Shown here: positions 57,085 through 64,000 of the stretch, piece by piece
Layout: each line of letters opens with the position of its first letter
Numbering within the stretch: the first letter of the stretch is position 1
DNA from: Octopus vulgaris
Taxonomy: Eukaryota
DNA: 64,000 nucleotides
NCBI GenBank assembly: GCA_951406725.2
Contig: OX597832.1
Coordinates: 15,004,001-15,068,000, forward strand
Reading direction: 5' to 3'
Made by a program: the position numbers and the translations under genes
Notes under the pieces: generated by a model
Database searches by the model: none
Seen by the model: the letters and a program-made list of their open reading frames with translations, nothing else
Told to the model about the DNA's origin: nothing

Positions 57085-57393
57085 CAGCGTGATCACCGTG
57101 ACCGATCAGACTATCAGATGTTGCTTTACATCGCTGGTCACAATGCGCTTTGCATTTTGTTTAGCCTTCAAATGACGCCACCACGCTGGATAAGCGAGCA
57201 GGTCAACAGGGGAAAGATTGAGAGAAATTTGTGGCAAAAGAGTACAGCAGGGATCGCCCCCGACCCCGGCCGGAGCCTTGAGGACGGTTTTAGGGTTTTT
57301 CGCTCAATAAATACTCATACTGCCCGGTCTGGGAATCGAAACTGCGATCCTACGACCACGAGTCCGCTGCCCTAACCACCGGACCATTGCGCC
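57085..57393 (-). mobile_element. SINE family B (long variant)
   Basis: Head identical in type to 3974-4126, with a different 3' extension. Confidence 0.85.
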
Positions 57394-58463
57394 TAATATA
57401 GGTATATATATATATATATTTATACGTGTGAGTAGACAAACGAAAGAATGGCGTGCAACACATTCATTGAGCCTTTCATGTATAAATCAAAACAGCTTTG
57501 CTCAGAATCTATATATATATACATATAATCATGTGAAACTATGAAGTCTATATTAAATTTCCCTGTGTAAGTAAGGTTCAACCGATATTAACTTATATGC
57601 ATGCGTTTCTGTAAATATGTCTTTCTGTGTTCGTGTGTGCGCTCCTTTCTATATGTTTTCTCTTTTTCAGTGACGCTTCTTGTTTTTCTAGTGTGACGAC
57701 AATACATCGTCATATGTACAACATTGCAGTCAAAGAGTGAGTCACATATTTTCAATCGCTATTCAGATGCTATTTTTAACGGAAAACATCTGAGAAATAT
57801 CTATTATAAAAATGTTAATTATAGCCTGAACAATGCGTTAAAACGTAATTATAACTTGCGTATCTGCTTCATAAGTGCGTATTACAATGCAAGGAAAATA
57901 AAATGGTAGATGGAAACATTTTATTATATATATTGCTGAATATAAATGCTAAGCCAGAATGAATCAAAATTAATTTCGTACTCAGACACCAGAGCCAATA
58001 CGAAAGCTGATATTACACACGCCTTGACTGCTTAAGAAACTAAACAAAAAAATCTGCATTGGAGTTAAATCTAGGAAAGATGTGTTGGAAACAATAGATT
58101 TAGTTGGAGTAACGGACATAGGAATCTAACGTGGAATTAATAACATATGAATCCGGATACGTTTGAATCTTTAACTGAAAATACATTTCTTATGAAACTG
58201 AAAACTGAAAACACATTTCTTATAAAAACATGAAGACTTTCAATTTCGTGACAGGATACGAAGCAGATGTTTTATATTCGCTTTTAGCTTTTCATAAACT
58301 AAAAAATTTGCTACCACAATTTGTTATCTTGTTGACTGCTTATAGCTGAGATTTCTTAACAAATTCAATATTGTGGAAGATTATGAAATGTAGTGTCGAA
58401 ATAGGGTAGAGAATTTGTATCCGATAAATGCGGAAATTGCAATAATTATTCACTGAGATAACT

Positions 58464-58522
<59 letters not shown>

Positions 58523-58779
58523 TATATATTTACACAAAAGGAGGATATAAATTATATTCATCTGCTAAAAAAAAGACGAAACTGCAGTACAAGATGAGCT
58601 GAGTTTGTAAACGTTTTTGATTTTCATTTCATGAATTTATCTTCCTTGTGTGTATCTAGTACTTGCTTCTTCTATTAGAGGCCTTTTAATGTACTTATAT
58701 ATGAATAACATATTGTCTAATGGCTAATCTGTCTTTTGTGCTAGATCACTGGTAATAATAATTTATTTTATTACCCTTT

Positions 58780-58834
<55 letters not shown>

Positions 58835-58861
58835 TGTATGTATATATATATATATACATAC

Positions 58862-58896
<35 letters not shown>

Positions 58897-60157
58897 TGTA
58901 TGTATGTATGTATGTATGTATGTATGTATGTATGTATGTGTGTATGTATGTTTCTAAATGATGTATGTAACACTAATTCGAGTAGTGACAACGCTTGGTT
59001 ATTCACTTAGATATAAGCAGCACAAATGTAGATTTTCCGGCCAGCTTTGCAATGACAATCCTTTGTATGAATGAGGCACTTTCACAGGGGTCTCTAGCAC
59101 TATGTGCTATAATATTGTATTGGGGAAAATTCATATGACGTTCCTGTTAATCTCCGGAGTTACATTCTTTTCCACACCCCAGAGAGATAAGAATATGCAT
59201 AATTCCTACTCAAAAACTATCATCTGAGCGTGGCTTTTCTGCTAAATATCTGTGATTCACTCTAAAGGTAAAGCTGTATAAACATACACACACACACACG
59301 CACACACACACACACACACACATACACGCATTGATACACACACATGTATAAGTTGTAATAATGAAGTCAAACCAAATTATGGCATTTTTGTACAAACTAG
59401 TCACTCCAACCTCGACGTACGCAGATACTGTAGTAAGGATTTTGAGAAGTTTGACACCTGGTTGAAGTCGAAAATTCAGCTAGCGCACTCTGATTTTTGA
59501 CGTATTAACAAGATCTATCTATATATGTACAAGATGACCACTTAATTCAAAGAACTAGATTAACCGCTCAACAGCTCTGATTTACAATACACTAGGTCCC
59601 CAGACGCCCCTGTTGATTTATTGACACCCAAAGCTTCTACAACTAAATTTTGTCAATTTCCTGACCACCATGTTTGGTCCGTAACCTCTATACATCCCTT
59701 ATCTTTATTTCATATTTTTTTACATTCTTTTACATTTTTATCATTTTTATTCCTATTTTTATTTTTTTACTTTTATTTCTATTTCTAATTTTACTTTATA
59801 ACCTTATGCCTTTATATTCATTTATATTTATTTATATTCTTTATATCCCCTTTATATCTCCGTATATCTCTTTATATCTTTATACTCTACAGTTTTATAT
59901 TTTTCTATACTTACACTTTTTATATATTTTTTATCCTTCGTCCTGAATTCTCGCCCCTCCATCTTCACGTCTATATATGTATTTATTTATTTACATTACT
60001 TCAACATCCAAATTTCCTCATTCTACATTGAGAGAAGAAAGAGATGGACGCTTCAATTCTATGCTGTTGCCACATTATGTCGTACGCGAATGAGAGGATT
60101 TGCATCCCCAACCAAGAATTTTTGATATAACACATGTCCTCGTGGAAGCTGTTGTGC

Positions 60158-60235
60158 GCGGCTGAAGAAGGCCACAGACATACATTATGCATTGTTATAA
60201 ATCTGTCTAATAAAGGCCCAAAACATATGTACCGC
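60158..60235 (+). ncRNA. Hammerhead-like motif (probably inactivated) in a PLE pLTR-like region ~59400-60342
   Basis: GCGG-CTGAAGA-A-GGCC...GGCC-C-AAAA-CATATG-TA-CCGC: stem I GCGG/CCGC, palindromic CATATG stem III, GAAA changed to AAAA. Confidence 0.6.
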
Positions 60236-60406
60236 TGAATCCTTGGCATCATGTTTTTATTTTGATCAATTTACTCCACCACCTACACCACTAAACGGTA
60301 TACACAGGTGCTTATAATTATCAAGTACTCACCCCGAATTTCTATATATATCTATTTATGTATATATCTGTCTATCCCCCTCTCCATACCTATCTCCCAC
60401 TCACTT

Positions 60407-60463
<57 letters not shown>

Positions 60464-61073
60464 ATGTGTGTATATATAAGAGAGTCTGTGTGTGTGAGTT
60501 CGCGCGCACTCATATTTTCGTAATGCACGCGGAAACGGAGTTGCTGACTTTGGCCTATGGGATATCAAAAACTTTCAGAAGTTTTTCGGCGAACAAATAT
60601 ACTTTATTTCCATTTAAATATTTTCTACGTTATCGCAACAGCCATACTTAACATTTAGAGGGGCGTTATACCAGTCATAATACACATAGGTACTGACTCG
60701 GTTTTTTTATTCTTATTGCCAGTTAATGGATTAGTTACTCCACTAAAAGATGTGTAGAGCAAGCGTTTTCCTTTACCAGTTTTTTAAACTCCTATGTCAA
60801 ACACTTTGCTCAAGATGTTAACCAATTGTTCAAATGTTCGCTATTGTTCATGTTGCCATTTTTTTTTTTGTCAAATAATTATTTCATCATATTGCTGCAA
60901 TGTCTTTAATGACGCGTCTCGCTACTTCCACTTATTTTGAAGTTACGTTCCAGATTTGGGATTTCTCCGAGATCTGCTCCAGACGAGTAAGTGAGTGTGT
61001 GTATGTGTGTATGTGTGTTTTTTAAATACTAACTTATGTTATTTTTTATATACATACAAATACGAATTATATG

Positions 61074-61154
<81 letters not shown>

Positions 61155-61183
61155 GTAATATGCGACAATTATTCGGTAGCCAT

Positions 61184-61244
61184 GATAAAATTCCGAATTT
61201 CGGATGCCCGGGTAGAAAACCACGCCACTATCTCTTCAGTTATC
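61184..61244 (-). ncRNA. Type I hammerhead-like motif (minus strand)
   Basis: GATAA-CTGAAGA-GAT...ATCC-GAA-ATT cgg AAT-T-TTATC. Confidence 0.6.
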
Positions 61245-61276
61245 CGGCCATCGGAGAAAATGCTATCCGATTCCCG

Positions 61277-61337
61277 GGTAACTGAAGAGATGGCGGCGTG
61301 GATATCCACATAGGCATGCGAAACACGGTGTTTTATC
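61277..61337 (+). ncRNA. Type I hammerhead-like motif (plus strand)
   Basis: GGTAA-CTGAAGA-GATG...CATGC-GAA-ACA cgg TGT-T-TTATC. Confidence 0.6.
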
Positions 61338-61979
61338 ACGGCTACCGAATAATTGTCACATATTACATTTACAGATAAATTCCTCTATTTACATAATATA
61401 TGAGCGCGGGTGTGTGTGTGTGGTTGGTATGACGTGTGCATGTGAATATGTACATATACATGTTTATCTCTGCATACGAATGAAAATTCTTAATATTTCA
61501 AACAGAGACAACTCTATGCCAGCATAAATTCCTACGACTTAATTCAAATTACACTCCTCTAATGTATGCAGCAATATCTGTGACACTACGCTTCCAAATA
61601 TAACGGCCTGCAGTGAATTATTTCTGCTAAGGAAATCGTAATGTATATTTGAAACATTTACTAATATCTTAATGCCTATTATATTAAATATTTAGTTTAT
61701 GTTCGCATGGTGTTCTCATGTCTCGACCTCGTTTATTGGTCTTTTATTAGCAAAGGCAATGTCTCCTGTATGTCTGAGATTAACTTTACAAACCATTTTA
61801 AAATAGCTGCATATAAATTGCACGTATTTTGAATAATTGATCTTCCTAAATGAAAAGAGATTGACGCACCGTGTTTATCTATATATCTATCAATATATTT
61901 ACCTCTTTGTCTACCTAGTTAACTAAATCTCCATCTATTTAAGTATTATTCCCTCTGTCATTCTATCTTTCTCTCTCTG

Positions 61980-62024
<45 letters not shown>

Positions 62025-62082
62025 TGTATATATATATAAATATATATATATAGGTATATATATATATTTGTCTATATGTATG

Positions 62083-62113
<31 letters not shown>

Positions 62114-62114
<1 letters not shown>

Positions 62115-62533
62115 CTCTCTTTTTACTCTTTTACTTGTTTCAGTCATTTGACTGCGGCCATGCTGGAGCACCGCCTTTAGTCGAGCAAATCGACCCCAGG
62201 ACTTATTCTTTGTAAGCCCGGTACTTATTCTATCGGTCTCTTTTGCCGAACCGCTAAGTGACGGGGACGTAAACACACCAGCATCGGTTGTCAAGCAATG
62301 CTAGGGAGACAAACACACACTGACACAAACACACACACATACACATATATACATATATATACATATATACGACAGGCTTCTTTCAGTTTATGTCTACCAA
62401 ATCCACTCACAAGGCATTGGTCGGCCCGGGGCTATAGCAGTAGACACTTGCCTAAGATGCCACGCAGTGGGACTGAACCTGGAACCATGTGGTTGGTTAG
62501 CAAGCTACTTACCACACAGCCACTCCTGCGCCT
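62114..62533 (-). mobile_element. SINE family A
   Basis: Full-length reverse complement of 1097-1525. Confidence 0.92.
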
Positions 62534-62854
62534 ATATATATATGCGTGTGTGTGTGTATGTGTGTGTGTATGTAGGTATTAATATATATGTCTGTATGGT
62601 TTACGTATGTACGGATGTTTTCGTCATCATTGGAGTGGATCAATGCTGGGAAACTGACTACAATGTGGTTTTCTGAAAATATCATCTCTGTCTTGATGTT
62701 GTCTCTGTTTGTCTTTCACTGTAGCACTTATTTTTCGGTCACATTTATCTAACACTTATATAAGAATGACTTAATGAAGAAGCGTCGTTTGCCAAGCGTT
62801 GCGACACGGGTTGAAAAAGTTCTTTTACACCTCCTGATGATATCAATCCTTGTT

Positions 62855-63220
62855 AGTTTAATCTATATTATGGTGGTTTTGCTCGAAGGAGATATTTGCG
62901 AAATGTTGTATTACTCTTGAATACTGCCCTAATCTCATATGGGCCGCATATATGTTGTATATTCTCGGAGAGGCCTTTCACATAGTGTAGACAGACTGTG
63001 GAGAGTTTATCGGCTTCATCATCCTTCTTCTTCATAATTGGCGTGGTAATATACTTTACGGGTAGTTGCTGTTTAACAGATCATTGTTGAACCCACCATC
63101 CATACAATGTAAAGAGAGGGATTGCTTAGTGCCTAACACATCCTCCAAAGATTATAAGTAGCGACCGTGATACACACCAAGAAGAAATGGTCAAGCTCAA
63201 TAACAACCTGTTATAACTAT
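62855..63220. pseudogene. Rearranged Penelope-like fragments in opposite orientations
   Basis: Minus 62855-63090: DDEADKLSTVCLHYVKGLSENIQHICGPYEIRAVFKSNTTFRKYLLRAKPP. Plus 63090-63215: HHPYNVKRGIA..IISSDRDTHQEEMVKLNNNL. Confidence 0.75.
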
Positions 63221-63746
63221 GTTCTGTAACCAGTAAAATTCAGTGCACAAAATTATTTTCTGCAGAATTATTTCCGGTATTTTTGCGCGCTAAAGCGAAG
63301 ACTTTTGAGAGATAACCCAACATGCAATTGGTAGAACTCTATATATGTTCATTCTCATGCGGATGTCTCGTGTATAGTTCTTCAAATTATATTTTGCAAT
63401 GACTATCACACTGAAGAGTTGCGGTCAATCACGTAAGTAGTTATGTACGTGGTAACAATGAAATTAGTTTTCTGATTAATCTTTATATTTTGAATCGTAT
63501 CATTTGTCTTGCTCGCTTACGTTCTGACGTTTGATAAATTTTCTTTAAAACAATCCTTTCTTAGTGGTAAGTCCATTGAAGGTCTACTTCTTGCATAATG
63601 GATGTCCACTTAGCGGTCATCCCACTTATATATGTGTAATATAATTTTTCTGAATATTTGGTATTTTCAATATGCTAGACCACTGGTTTTAAATTGATAT
63701 CAATCAAATTAATATTCAATTTTTCACCCTTATTTTAATTTTAGAC

Positions 63747-63807
<61 letters not shown>

Positions 63808-64000
63808 TGGATATAGTGCAATGTGTATGTACATAGGTTACTGTTCCGTTAAAGGAAGAGTCAAGAAAATGTACTCCATGCAGTAAGCGGTAAATGACTG
63901 TTAGAATAAGAGCTACAAATGCTTTCATACATTTGAGGCACAGTATTTCTGCAGATTAATGTAACGTGCATTTTATCACCAATCATAAATTCGGGCACAG

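Larger units (their letters stand above)
61150..61398. mobile_element. Compact palindromic element (arms 61150-61255 / 61266-61371) next to (TA)n
   Basis: Outer 41 bp of the arms differ at 2 positions; inner part more diverged; 10-nt loop. Confidence 0.9.

Overview
AT-rich animal genomic DNA, most likely cephalopod (Octopus-like, inferred from the SINE families and the extreme microsatellite density). It looks intergenic or deep intronic, and no intact host protein-coding gene can be supported. Almost all ORFs in the track are microsatellite read-throughs. The window is a mosaic of (TA)n/(CA)n/trinucleotide repeats, three SINE families, and decayed Dong/R4-type and CR1-type LINE ends. It also holds several Penelope-like (PLE) remnants, mariner and Tigger/pogo fossils, and MITEs. 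The most interesting signal is a set of about ten type I hammerhead-ribozyme-like motifs (CUGANGA...GAAA with a minimal, often palindromic stem III) in small non-coding elements embedded in (TA)n tracts. Two of these elements (27206-27984 and 61150-61398) are long palindromes carrying one hammerhead on each strand. All folds and identities were derived by eye and need computational and biochemical confirmation.
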